Source: the human T2T-CHM13v2.0 reference genome, Homo sapiens. From it: a stretch of DNA of 64,000 bases. A model generated the notes under the pieces. It made no database searches. It saw nothing but the letters and a program-made list of their open reading frames with translations, and was not told the origin of the DNA. A program made the translations under genes and the position numbers. The stretch lies in the NCBI RefSeq assembly GCF_009914755.1, contig NC_060931.1. The stretch is one strand, 5' to 3'. Of this stretch, positions 28,181 to 42,372 are shown piece after piece (the first letter of the stretch is position 1; each line of letters begins with the position of its first letter).

Positions 28181-28444
28181 CTGTAAAGTATGTAATGCAT
28201 CTGACACTTAAAAAAGATGTATGCTCTGGTACTCGATGGCTTAAGTTCCAGATATCTAGAAAGTTAGCTCACGTGGCTGGTTCATTCCTTGAGACTGGCA
28301 AGATACAAAAACAAAACAAAACAAAACAAAAAACAAAAGTCATTCTACCACTTGATTGTTCACTCTTTCAGATTGGCTTTATCCCAAATGTCAGATGTTA
28401 CTACATTCACGGACATCACTCACCTCAAATTCTTTTCTGTTTAT

Positions 28445-28985
28445 AGCATCACTCTCAGTGGGGCTAAGGGGGTGAAAATCACCTCTTGGAGGGGGCAAAA
28501 AAACTTACTTTTTTTTTTTTTTTTTTTTTGGGACAAGGTCTCACTCTATTGCCCGGGGTTGAGTGCTGTGGCACAATCTCAGCTCACTGTAACTGCCACC
28601 TCCCAGACTCAGCAATCCTCCCACATCAGCCTCCCTAGTAGCTGGTACTACAGGCACGTGCCACCACGCCTGGCTAATTTTTGTAGTTTTTGTAGAGATG
28701 GGGTTTCACCATGTTGCCCAGACTGGTCTCAAACTCTTGGACTCAAGTGATCCGCCCACCTCGGCCTCCCTAAGTGCTGGGATTACAGGCGTGAGTCACT
28801 GTAACCAGCCAAAAATCTTACTTCTTATATACAAGGAACAGCTATACTTACAGTATAAGTAAACAATAGATAGTATATGTAACAATGTAAACAATAGATA
28901 GTATATCTGTTTTATTAAAATTTCATAGAGGTTATCAGAAAAAAGTCAGAAAGGCATTTTAGGGGGTAATTTTCAAAAGATTGAT
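28445..28985. mobile_element. hAT-Charlie DNA transposon fossil (MER112/MER113-like) split by an Alu
   Basis: aagggggtgaaaatc...aaaaa(a/t)cttact repeated either side of the Alu...tatatctgttttattaaaatttcat. Confidence 0.5.
28510..28810 (-). mobile_element. AluJ
   Basis: Antisense dimer. Confidence 0.92.
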
Positions 28986-30362
28986 TTTTTTAAAAGAGAG
29001 CAGAGGGAAAACTGGGAAGGTGTGGGGTGGGACATTGAATTATCTGCCCCTCCATTTTAACAGGACGTCAACATACAAGGTTTAACACTGATAAATCATA
29101 AAATAGTTGACGAGGCATATGATTTTTAAAGGCTTCTTTTGGGGTTTGGTTGAGGAGGGTGGGAACTACTGCTTTTCAATATAAATTGTTTTGGAATGTT
29201 TGGTTTTTTTAACCATGCGATTGAACTACTTCACTGAAAATTAAAATGTAAAGGGGAGAAAATTGAACAAAAAAAATCTGGTAAATGGTGATAAGTATCT
29301 ATAGCAGACAAAAATCAGCAAGGTACATTCTCAAAAACTCCCTTTGGCAAAAGCTAAAATAAAAATAAAAAAGGTTGCAAAACTCCGTCATCAGCAGCGG
29401 CAAGGAGGAAAGAACATCCGTGCCGTGCCACCTGGCCTTCGCCCCGCCGCGCCCGCAGCCAGAGAGATGAGCTGGGCACTTTCACCCAACCTGCCCCCAG
29501 TGACGACAGTGAGAGTATTTGCTAATCATTCGCCAAAATTTTAAAACACAGTTTTCTGGGCTTTAGGCAACATGGGGCTGGCCTGGGTGTTTTGGAGCCT
29601 CCGAGGGTGAGGAAGAGGCTGACGGTTTTCCTCATAGAGGCCCACGGGCCAGATGTCTCCAGAGAGGAGATGCTCAAAAGAAACTGTGCTCACTGCAAAG
29701 CAGAAGAGATGCGGTTAAGCAAGAGAACTGGATTAACCATCCATCCAAAGATCAAACTCAGAAAAGGAGGCTACGGAGAATTTGCCATCTTTTCTCTCTC
29801 CTCACTAGAAGCTTTAAAGGGATAGTTAGACCCTGAGTCAGCCTTTCACATTGTAGCAAGCAGACACCTGGAGGGGCAATGAGACAGTCCCCCGTCCATC
29901 AGCCTATCCTGATGCCCCATTTCTTTGAATCAGTGAACTGTAGTCCCCGGTATCCACCTCCCTCACTCTCTCTGCTTCCTCCATTTCAGTAAGCGTTCAG
30001 TGTCTACATGGGCCAGGTACAGAGAAGCAGCATATGAAGGTGACGTTGGTCATCAAAACTCTGCTGTTATGAAACATTTTTGTGCATCAGAGGACAATAA
30101 TAAGAGAGCGAAAAGGCAGCTCACAGAAAAGGAGAAAATATTTGCAAGTCATATATCTGATAAGTGTCTAGTATCCAGAATACATAAAGAACTACAACTC
30201 TACAACAAAAAGACAATCCAATCAAAAAAATGAGCAGCTGCCTTGATTAAATATTTCCCCAAAGAAGACACACAGGTGGCCAAAAGGTACAAGAAAAGAT
30301 GCTAAACTTTACTAGGGAACTGCAAATCAAAACAGCAATGGTAGACCACTTCACATCCTCTA

Positions 30363-30806
<444 letters not shown>

Positions 30807-31320
30807 TTAAACACAAAATGACCATATGACCCAGAACCTGCAGTCCTAGGTATATACCCAAGAGAACTGCAAACGGGTGTTCCAACAACTTGTACATGAA
30901 CGTTGATGGCAGCTCTATTCACAAAAGGTGGAAACAACCCAAATGGCCACCAGTGGATGACTGAGTAAGCAGAATGGAGTCTATTCTACAATGGAATATT
31001 ATTCAGGCATAAAAAGGAATGAAATTCCAATATATGCCACAAAGTAGATCGACTTTCAAAACAATCTGCTAAGTGATAGAAGCCACATGCAGAAGCCCGC
31101 AGGTCATGGGGTTCTGTTTCTGTGAGATATGCAGAATAGGCAAGTCCAGAAAGGCAGACGGCAGCTTAGCATCTGCTAAGAGCTGTGGGAAGGGGTAATG
31201 GAGATTGAGGGCTAAGGGATGTGAGGTTTCCATTTGGGGTGATGAAACAGTTCTGGAACTAGATTGGGGTGATGGTCGCACAACACTGTGACTACTGAGT
31301 TATATACTTTAACACTGTTA

Positions 31321-31488
<168 letters not shown>

Positions 31489-31677
31489 TTAAGGTGCTAA
31501 ATTACATATTATATGCATTTTACCACAAAAAAAGTTAAACCTACAAATACTAAAGGAAAATATGGATTAATTCTACAATCTGGATTTCTAATGATGACTA
31601 AGTATGCTCATGCTATTGTCTAATGGCTATTTTCATGTCTTTTGAGGATTGCCTAGGCATGTCTTTTGCCATACTGA

Positions 31678-32011
<334 letters not shown>

Positions 32012-32091
32012 CAAAGATGCCATATTTTTTTTACAGCTACATGGTACTCTGCTATGTAGCTGTAACTTCTTTATTTCATTGAACTACTCTA

Positions 32092-32411
32092 TTTATTATT
32101 TATTTATTTATTTATTTATTTTTTTGAGACAGGTTCTCGCTTTGTCGCCCAGACTGGAGTGCAGTGCAATCACAGCGCACTGCAGCCGTGAACTCCTGGG
32201 CTCAAGTGATCATCCTGCCTCAGACTCCCAAGTACCTGGGACGACAGGCACATGTCTCCATGCCCAGCTATTTTTGTTTGTTTGTTTGTTTGTTTGTTTG
32301 TTTGGTAGAGACAGGGTCTCGCTACGGTCTTGAACTCCTGAGCTCAAGCAATCCTCCTGCCTCAGACTCCCAAAGTGCTGGGATTACATGTGTAAGCCAC
32401 CTCACCTGGCC
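32092..32411 (-). mobile_element. AluJ
   Basis: Antisense dimer with (TTTG)n linker. Confidence 0.88.
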
Positions 32412-32469
32412 AACTACTCTCTTCTATGTGGGTGTTTAGGTTGTCTCTAATACATCTGCTGAGAAGGCC

Positions 32470-34170
32470 TAGAAGCAATGACACCCCAGGAGTGACATGC
32501 ACACGTAAACACTATTTGCCACTAAAAGTGACAAGGGCTCTTTAGAGCAATGGCTAATTCCAGGGCTGGGGTGAGGAATGTACAAGATCAGCCAGAAAGC
32601 CAGGAAGTGCCCACAGCATGATGGGGACAGGGTGGGGATATGATGGGGAAAGTCAAAGGACACAGTGATCCGCCTGGAGAGGCTCCTGCTGGCCACGTCT
32701 AGGACAATTTGAGCATCAAAAACTTGATAATGAAGACATGGAATCAACCTAAATGCCCATCAATGACAGACCAGATAAAGAAAATGTAGTACATATGTGC
32801 TGCGGAATATTACACAGCCATAAAAAAGAAAGAGATCACGTCTTTTGAGGGAACATGGATGGAGCTGGAGGCGATCATCCTTAGCAAACTAACACAGGAA
32901 CAGAAAACCAAGTGCTGCATGTTCTCACTTATGAGTGGGGGCTAAATAATAAGAACTTACGAACACAAAGAAAGAAACAACAAACACTGGGGGCTACTTA
33001 AGAGGCAGAGGGTGGGAGGAGGGAGAGGAACGGAAAAGATAACTATTGGGTACTGAGCCTAATACGTGATGAAATACGTGGGTGATGAAATAATATGTAC
33101 AACAGACCCCCATGACACATCTTTATCTATGTAACAAACATTCACATGGACCCCCAAACCTAAAATAAAAATTTTTTAAAATATTTGATAATGAGAAATA
33201 ACATGGCACTGAATAGGATACAAATCCATGAGTCCATAGATACATACACACACAGGGAGAGAAGAAAAACCTGTTCTTTAAAGTAGCATTCCAACCAGTC
33301 AATGTAGAATTCATGATAAATTTAGAAAATCGCCTTTTGGTAATTACTATAGTAACAATTCAGGCAAGAAATACGTATCAATCCTAAAACTAGCAAGTGA
33401 AAGTTTGATGAGAAAGAAGACATTTACACAATCCCAAAGTAGGTCCCCCTGAAGCCCTGACTGGTGACAAGGGGGAAAGTAAGCCCTTTATTAAAGTAGA
33501 GAACTTTATGGTGGCAGACGCCCCCTTCACCAAGTGACCGGCGTCCACTTCACCGGAAAGGTGTCGCGGCCGCATCGGGTGACCCTGCTGGGATGCAGAA
33601 GCCCAGGGCAGCCCACGGATGGGTGGGTGCCCACCTGAGGGCGGAGGCTGGCTCTGATGGTGAGGAAATGTCGAAGGGCAGGTGACACAAGAACTGGCCG
33701 TTGTCCTCCTGAAAAGTGCTCAGGTCGTGACAGATGAGACAGGACTGAGGAGCTGTTCCAGATGAAGAGACTGAAGAGAAAGGACAACGAAACAAAACGC
33801 GTGGCTGGAGGTCTCCTCTTCCAAGAAATGACGCCCCTGAGACAAGGCACAAAATGTGAATGAAGCCTGCAGCTTAGCTGATAGCATGCTATTTGTGCTG
33901 ATTTCCTGATTTTGACAATTATACTGTGGTTAGGAGAATGACCCTGTTTTTATGAAACATCCACTGAAATATTTAGGGGTAAAGGGATATGATGTCTGCA
34001 AATTCCTCTCAGGGGTTCAGAATTCATATAAACACACAGTGAGAGATCGTGAGAAATGAGATATGGGCAGATCTGGTGAAATGCTAACATCGGGCAATCT
34101 GGGTGAAAAGGATATGAGAACTCTTTGTATTATTTTTGTGACTTTATGTTTGAAATTGTCAAAATAAAAT
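32470..34170 (+). mobile_element. L1MC-type 3' UTR fragments flanking the L1P insert
   Basis: ggacaatttgagcatcaaaa; gcaagtgaaagtttgatgag; tttcctgattttgacaattatactgtggtt; gaaatatttaggggtaaagg. Confidence 0.7.
32738..33182 (+). mobile_element. L1P (L1PB/late L1PA) 3' end nested in older L1M
   Basis: ggaatcaacctaaatgcccatcaatg...ttagcaaactaacacaggaacagaaaacc...cctaaaataaaa. Confidence 0.88.
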
Positions 34171-34184
34171 GTTATTTATTATTT

Positions 34185-34315
34185 AATAATTGTTTTTTTA
34201 GAGACAGAGTCTCACCATGTTGCTCAGGCTGGTCTCGAACTCCTGGGCTCAAGTGATCCACTACCTTGGCCTCCCAAAGTGCTGGAATTACAAGCGTGAG
34301 CCACCTCGCCCAGCC
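34185..34315 (-). mobile_element. Alu left monomer (FLAM_C)
   Basis: Antisense single arm. Confidence 0.88.
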
Positions 34316-34351
34316 CTAAAGTGTTATTTTAAAAAAGGAATTAAGAAATAC

Positions 34352-34633
34352 AGGCTGAGCAGTGGCTTGTGCCTATGATCCCAGCACTTTGGGAGGTCAA
34401 GGCAGGAGGATCGCTTAAGCCCAGGTGTTTTGAGACCAGCCTGGGCAACATGGCAAAACCCCATCTCTACAAAATATTTAAAAATTAGCCGGGCATGATG
34501 GTGCACACCTGTAGTCGCAGCTACTCAGGAGGTTGGGGTAGGAGAATCGCTTGAGTTGCAGTGAACTGTGATCGCACCACTGCACTCCAGCCTGAGAGGC
34601 AGAGCAAGACCGCATCTCGAAAAAAAGAAAAAG
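34352..34633 (+). mobile_element. AluJ
   Basis: Dimer with internal right-arm deletion. Confidence 0.9.
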
Positions 34634-34859
34634 AGCTACAGTGGGCCTGTGTGTTAAGTAAGAGCATGTGTTAGTGCTGCCTTTTACTGTCTCCGAAGGT
34701 GGGAGCATCACCAAAGCAGGCCCTGAGAGAACTAGAGGACTCTAACTCGCTGAGGGCAAGGAGATTCTTCCGGGAATTTTTCGTTGGCTTCTCCCAAATA
34801 ATAACAGCCTGGACACAGGATGTGCAGGCCAGCCCTGGCTGGGGACGTCTTCCAGGCTG

Positions 34860-34878
34860 GCGCCAGAGGGCGCTGTCC
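34860..34878 (+). promoter_or_regulatory. CTCF-like motif overlapping an RE1/REST half-site
   Basis: GCGCCAGAGGGCGC plus GGCGCTGTCC. Confidence 0.5.
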
Positions 34879-36163
34879 CCAGGGACCACACGGGATGCCA
34901 GGCCACATAACTCTGCAATGTGTTGGCTGAACTTTTCAGGAAACTTGGATGCCGCACATACTTTTCCTTTCTTTGTGGGCAGGCAAGATGAGTCACGTTT
35001 TTCTGGAGTCTGCTCAGCCCCAGTATTCAGACCTCATCAGCTGCCCTGGTCCGGAAGGCTCCAGCTGTGGCCAGTGAGCGGGGGGCCCAGGGTGCCCGCG
35101 TTGGCTGGGCCAGCACTGGGGCTTAGGGGCAGACTTGGGCAAGCCAGAGTCAATCTTTTTTGTCGGGTACAGGGTAAAGCTCACAGTAATTCTGGATCAT
35201 GGCAACATCTGGGGACAGACCCAGGGCCCTTTGTACAACTCACAGGGCACAGCCCTGAGGGAGGCTGGGCTTTGGCTTCATATAGTCCCTGTTCTCCCGC
35301 CCACCCAACCCCCTCCGCCGCACCTGACTCCCCACCACCTCTCCAGGCCCTACCTTCGAGTACCTCACTCTCCAGCACTTCGAGCTGCACCTCACTCCCC
35401 AGCACTTCTCCAGGCCCTACCTTCGCGGTCCCCTCAGTTCCCCTGCCTCCCTTCCTTCCGAAGGCCACTGTGGTATTGGAAAGTTGGAGCAGCGACCTGA
35501 AGGAAGGGACCCCACCTGTGTCTATCTGCAGGAAGGGTCGCTGCGGGCTCTCTGAGAGGCAGGCTCTGGGATGGAAATGAGCATGTTGGATGTACATCAG
35601 GGAGTGCTCTTGGGCCTGACAAAGGGGCGATGGAGACCCCGTGAAGCCCCGACAGAGAGTTCTGAAGCCCGGATGCCCCTTCAGAGCTGTCCTGAGCGGG
35701 GGTCGGGGGCTGGTCCTTTATGTACATCGGCCGGTTATTGGGCGTAGGCCGGCTCTGGGAGGGGCTGAAGGCTGGCGAGGTGGTGCTCCTTAGCTGAGGG
35801 CCATCTGTCTGTCACACCCACAGCTGGGAGTGAGTTCCTCATTCTAGAAGGAATCGGGAATCTGGGAGGCACGGCACAGCACAGCCTCAAGGGTGTTCTG
35901 GCTCCAGGGTGTTTTCTAGCAGAGGGCCTAGGGGACATGCTCAGCATCTCAGGGTGTTTCAGGCAGAGGGCCTAGGGGACATGAGCCTGAGCAGAGGAAG
36001 ACAGGGGGTGGGTGTGCACAAGACACAGTCAGAGCCAGCCCAGGGTGACCTCAGAGGACCTCAGAGGCCATGTGTGGTGGGGCTTGGAGTTTTCATTTAA
36101 ATGTGCTGGGGCGGCGTCAAGGGGTTGAACAGGGGATGACACGATGGGATTTATGTTTTAAAA

Positions 36164-36358
36164 ACAGGAGTTGGCAAATTACTACCCAATGGCCCAATCC
36201 TGCTGGCCACCTGCTTTTATAAATACTTATTGGAACACAGCTGCACCATTAGTTTATACTTTGTCTATGGCTTCGTAGTTGCAAAAGAGACCACGTGGCC
36301 TTCGAAGTCTAAGACATTTACCATCTGGCTTTTTACAGGAAACATTTGTCAACTGCTG
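36164..36358 (+). mobile_element. MER58A (hAT-Charlie)
   Basis: caggagttggcaaatt...ttattggaacacagc...tttaccatctggctttttacaggaaacatttgtcaactgctg. Confidence 0.8.
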
Positions 36359-38337
36359 TTTGAAGAGACTCCTCTCCTTGCTGGGCAGAGTCATTTCCAA
36401 GGCAGCAAGGGGACTCTCACGGGGGCCACGGCCCCTCACGAGCCTTCCCAGTTTCACCCCGGTGCCTAAAGCAACTCACTTTAGCAGTTGCTCGTGTTCT
36501 TTGGTATTAATGATATAAATCACCTGTGCACACCATGAGGTTCCTCCAGGAGGCTGCGGGGCCCTCCCAGGTGGAAGTGGAGAAAAGTCCTCAGTGTCTC
36601 TACCTGTGCGCAAACACAAATACTTCCACTGCCCTCTCCCGCCTCCTCTCCCATCCCCCATTGGTCTCCTCCTCTTCTCAGGCCTCTCCCCCTGGACCAC
36701 CAGTGATGCCGGCAGCCACAGGTCCCTCTGCCCCCAAAGCAGGTCTCGCCTCTGCACCATCGGTACAGTCCCACAGGCCCCTGTGGCCTCCCTGAAAGTG
36801 AGGAGTAAAATGACTCACGTACAGGTCATGTGAGCAATGCCCCAGGAACACACACCACACACGTGACTGCAACGAAGGAAGTGTGGGTTCCTTTTAACGT
36901 AGGAGCCACCAGAGCTTCCCCAGGAACCTCTCTGCCTCTGAGGCACCAAAGGTTTCCTGTCCTTGCAATGCTGGGAGGGACCCTAGATGGATTTGTGGGT
37001 GCATCTCGGGCACCCCGCTCAGCACATGGCTCAGGCACACGCAACGACTCAGTGGTGCCTCCAGGCGAGCGGGTACCTGCGCTGCTCTCATGCTCAATCC
37101 TCACCCCTACTCTGCCTGGATGCAGGGGCTGACCTCTGACCCCTGCTGCCATGTGTCCAGGCTCCCGCTGGGCAGGAGACAGGGAGACACCTTGGGCAAC
37201 ATCTGACCATAGCTACAGCCCCTTTGGCTCCCGTTCCTGCCAGACAGACCAACTGCAGCTCCTGGTTCCAGCCCCGCCAGGGCTCCCAGCGCCGCCCTCT
37301 TCCCTTCTCCCACCTGGGGTGGGAAAGGATTTTCCTTACTCATCGGTGGGTCGCTTCCCAAACTCTAGTCTGGCGTCTCAGCTCTTTCCTCACCTTTATA
37401 ACCACGCAGCCACATAATCAGAACTGTGACGTCCGTGTATTAAACTCCATCTGCTTTTAGTACGGAGAGTAACCCTCTTCCAGGTAGGACCCGGGCTGAC
37501 AGCTGAGCTAGGGCCATCTGCAGGAGACGATTCAGACGGGGTCAGCGCTGCGATTCGGGGGAGTAACCAGCGGTGAGCTTCAGGCCTAAATGCTGGAGTC
37601 CTAAAATTACTCGAGTCTGACCCCCCGGTTTTTGGTCTTGCTCTATATTTAGGGACAATGGCCCTATTGATGCTCACTCGCTGAACCACTGCCTGGCGTT
37701 TGTTCTGCGGGGCAAGCTGGAGTGGGGTGCTCCTCAGCCCCGGGAGCCCTTGGGATGGAAATGCAAGACTCAGAGGCTCTAAATTAAAGTCTTAAAAGCT
37801 TGGGCTCATTCCTCCACACAAAGCACAAAACCTTTGGCATTTTATGGGAAAACAGACTTTTATTTGAAAAATAAACTCAAGTTGCTGGGATATAAAGGAA
37901 GAGCTGTCTGTGATCCAACGCTGAAATGGTGTGAAAGGACCTGAAGTTTTACAAGTTAAATAAACTTCTCTGAAAGACTCATTCGAATTTCAAACAGCTC
38001 CCAGCACAGATCCTCTGAAAAAGATCCCCAGATGCAGCAGGATGAGACACAGTGCCCGCTCCAGGGTGGGGGTCAACCATGTGGAATGGGAGATTCGGAT
38101 TCAACCACAAACAGAGAAAATTAAATTCCTTTTGGATGTTCAAAATACACATGACCTCGGTCATAATTGTGAGCTAGTCTTGGAAACGGACAGGGGGAAA
38201 ATCTACCATTCCACATCTCTGGCAGAAACCCGGGACTTACTTCCATCCAGCGGATCCTCTGTGCCCTAAGAACCCCCCAAACCAGACTCGCCTCAAAGGC
38301 GTTCCAGACGCATTCTGCTGTTCTCTGACCATCTAGG

Positions 38338-38560
38338 GTGGTGTTTTCCAAACTGCAACCACTGCCCCCGCCACCCCATCATGAAATCAACCGTGTGGGT
38401 CAGATAAAGCAGCTGAAACAATAGAATCGAAAATAAAGTACCTAGTCAGGGTCAATATTGCTTCGTAAAAGGGCTTTTGTTGATGTGTTGTATGTGCTGG
38501 ATTATGCCATCAGATGGATTTGTTACTGTGGGCTGCAGTCAAAACGTTTTCAAACCACTG
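38338..38560. mobile_element. hAT-Charlie-type MER fossil
   Basis: Degenerate inverted ends gtggtgttttccaaac / gttttcaaaccactg; tcatgaaatcaa core. Confidence 0.5.
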
Positions 38561-39639
38561 CTGCGATGAAGCCCTGCGGCTCCGCTTTACCATCTCAGTG
38601 CTGTAAATCTTCCCCGGGTGTCAGAGTATATTCTCCACCTTTTGCTTTGTGCTTGTCCCTACCAGACACCATGGTCATCACCTAGAGTAGCCTTCGGTGT
38701 AATCAAAGTAGGTGGCTGTCTAGGCCAGTGATTTTCAACTCTTTTTTTTTTTTCTAGTAGGACAAAGATAATGTCCCAATGTCCAGCAGGGCTGATCCTG
38801 TCAGTAGCAGTTACTGGGTGTGCCCTGCTGCCCCCATCAGACAAGATGCCATTTCTTGCTCCGTGGGGGCCAGCTGGCCAAAGGCCACCTTGTCTCACTC
38901 CCTAAAAGCTACCACTGCATGATTTTAGGGTTCTGGGAAGACAGTCGCTTCCAAAAAGAGAATCTGTGGCATCTGGTTTTGATGCTAGGAATTCTTTCTT
39001 TGTTATGAGATAAATGTGTCAACTACCCCTGAACTATGTCACCTTTAAGTTCTATAATGTCTATTTTAAATATTTTTGCCAGAACTGTTTCCATCTGAGG
39101 GAGGAGGGAAAAGGATAAAGGCATGTTGAGCTCTAGGAGCTGGGAGCCCACAGAAAGGAAAACAGAGCAGGGAGATCCAAGGTCCCCAGAGACATGGTGT
39201 TCTTCCCATGTTGGGTGACCATCAGTGTACCCCAAAGGTTCCAAACCCCGAAGGCACTGATAGACCTGGGGGGATGAGGAGGTATGAACTGGAAGAGCTT
39301 GGGAAAATAAGAGGCAAGTGCATGAAAAGCTCAATATGTGATTTTTAAAGAGACAAGAAGGCAATAGGAAGTTATCACGAGAGAACACAGACTGCAAAGA
39401 GACTTAAAATAACAGCTATATTTCAGGGCTCTGGCAGATTGCTCAAGGCAAACAGAATCCAGTAAGGCTTTCTGTAGCGGGCAAGACTTGAAGGAGGTCT
39501 CTGAGGAGGCGGGAGACCATGCTAATGTATCTCCAGATCCACTGCAGGGACCCCTCACTGCTCACCCCAGCCCTGTCTCTACCATCTCTTTACTGTACAG
39601 TAGCCAGACATCTCTCTGCATTGCATCCGATCGACATCC

Positions 39640-40115
39640 GATGGCTTTCTGTATCGCTCAATTAAAACCTGGAATCCTGACCTCTCCTGCAAGGCCCCGC
39701 CCCACTCCCTGACCTCACTCCAGCACCTGCTCCCTCCCTACTTGGTTCTGGCCACATTGACCAGCTCCCTGCAGGCTCAGAGGCTGCTCCTGCCTCCGGA
39801 CATTTGCATCGTGGGCCCCTCCGCCAGGCGTGCCATGGCCTCCACCTGTCCTCTCCCTGGCTCCATCTCACCACTGGCCAAATGTCTCCATGTCAGAGGC
39901 TATTGCTGACTTGCCCACATAGAGCAGCACCCCCGCAGCCCCTCTCCTTTGACTGTTGTTCCTCTTGGCACTTGGGACACATGACACTTTTCCACCTGTG
40001 GTACCGATTGTCCCTAGAATGGAATCCCCACGAGGGCAGGGATGGGCTCATTCACTGCTGCGTTCCCAAGGGCCCAGCACTTAGCAGGTTCTCATGTAAC
40101 GTGGTGCAGGTGAAT
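39640..40115 (+). mobile_element. L2 3' fragment
   Basis: cctccggacatttgcatcgtg...ctagaatggaatccccacgagggcaggg...cccagcacttagcaggttctca. Confidence 0.65.
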
Positions 40116-40737
40116 ATCCTCCATGCCAGACAACTCCCCTTTGAAACGCCTGGGCAGGCAGGTATCCTTGTCCGCTCCTAACACCAGCTTTCTTCTGTCT
40201 GGGAGGCGCATTTGAAGGTGAACCGCACTGGAAAAAACCCAGGCAGGAACGATACCTGCTGCTTTCCCCCAGGCAGGACCAACCTGCTCCCAGCACCAGA
40301 CTCAGCATGTGAGGCTATGTCACCCCCTAGTGGTCACTCTGTCACAAAGCCAGAAAAACCAGAGGTGGGCTCCGCCTGGCCAGCTGTTCTCAGGGCCAAG
40401 GGGACCCCGACCTACTCTCTCACCCAGACTTTTTCTACGAGTGAACTCAGATGTAAACAGACATTCAGAAAATAAAGGTGAAAAGGCATCTAATATTGAG
40501 GCCACATTGTCTTGAATGAGGGAGAGATTTAACATCGACATTCTTCCTTCTAGTACGGGTTCCAGGCTGAGCGGCTGTCCCAAGATGTGGACTGTGGTGG
40601 GGTAGCACCAAGTCATTCCTACAGAGTTTCTCTGTTCATTGCAGATTATGTGGGAATTTATCAAAGATTAGCCTTTTCTTTTTTTAAAAAAGGAAGCTGA
40701 GATGGGAGGCAGGCCAGAGAGAACCTAGGAGAAGTGA

Positions 40738-41136
<399 letters not shown>

Positions 41137-41637
41137 TGAGAGAGTTTTTTAAAAGCTGGGGACTGCCCTACAGCATGAGGCTTTTGCTAATGTGCACTTA
41201 GCATTTCCTCTGCCCCAGACCTCTGAGTGGCTCTCTCTCTGGCTCCAGTGTGGTCTCCTTACCAGAGAAGACTTCCCTCGCCATTCCATCCAAAGCAGCA
41301 CCCACCCCACTACCCACTCTCTCGCTCTGCTTTCCTTTCCTTGACAACGTGGGGGCAGTTAAAGTCTATCTGTGCTCCCGTGCCCCATCCCTCCTCCAGC
41401 CCTCTGTCTGGAAGATTCCAGGCTAGCTCTGCCAGCTTGGCCATGATTGCCTTCAGCCAAACAGCGCACCTTGTCCATAGCTCCCCTGGGGCAAGGAGAT
41501 GTGTCAGGATAAAGTTAGGATGGCTTCGTGGCATGAACAGAAAAAAATAACCGAAAGGAGGCTAAGCCACAAGGATGCTTATCACCTACAATAACGAACA
41601 GTTAGTAGGTAGGCAGTTGCAAAGCAGGTCAGCTTAG

Positions 41638-42372
41638 CGAAACTGCCTTTGCAAAAGTATCACTGTTAGGAGAAATCTGACATAGCTGATTCCATATTGC
41701 TTCTGACCTCCAAGTGTCCTTGGTCATTCCTGGGCACACACAGGCCAAGCTAATTTTGGGAGAAATTTAGTTTATAGTTTAAACTACATACAGTTTAAAG
41801 CAAGGATGATACTAGCCCTTCCCCAAACTAAAACACCATTGCAAAACTAATGAGAGGCCGCAAGGTTAGGATTGAGAGAGGCCTGAATTCTGCTAAGATG
41901 TAGGTGTAGTTAAATGACAACCAGCCATTGTCCCGAGGTCACAAGATTTGTAACTTCCCCAATTACTCCTGTAGATAACATCACTATTAGAGAACCTAAG
42001 ATTGGCCTTTTGAGATGTCTTTCCAGACTTCTGCATTTCTGGCAACCAATTTGACCTCACCTGGACTCCTGACTCACCACCCAACCAGTCCTGTGGCCCC
42101 ACCCAGAGGAGGAGTCAGTGTCATTTTCCACACCCCTCTGAAGGCATCCCAACTAATCAGCTGCACCCATTCCCTAGTCCCTGCCCGCCAAACTATCCAT
42201 GAAAACTGCTAACCTCTGAGCCTTCAGGTAGACTGACTTGATTTGATAGATAACTGTCCTGCATGGCATGACCGGACTCATGTCAGTTAACTCTTTCTTT
42301 ACTGTGACGCCGTGGTCTCAGTGGATTGAGTTTCCCTGTACAAGAGGCGGAAGGACCCATCGGGCAATGACA
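41638..42372 (+). mobile_element. ERV1 solo LTR (LTR8-family), apparently inserted in an old MLT1 (~41502-42660, minus)
   Basis: gaaactgcctttgcaaaa start, tttagtttatagtttaa, ggtcacaagatttg, end gggcaatgaca; near-TSD ttag/ttgg. Confidence 0.8.

Noticed and set aside
30000-30233. ORF with L1 ORF2-like residues (EKIFASHISDK)
   Set aside because: Degenerate L1M fragment, not an intact gene.
34699-35580. Longest ORF (293 aa, + strand)
   Set aside because: Non-ATG start, low complexity, no recognisable domain; antisense in a GC-rich intron.
39023-40664. Minus-strand ORFs of 124 and 114 aa in unique sequence
   Set aside because: No recognisable homology or exon structure; lengths compatible with chance.
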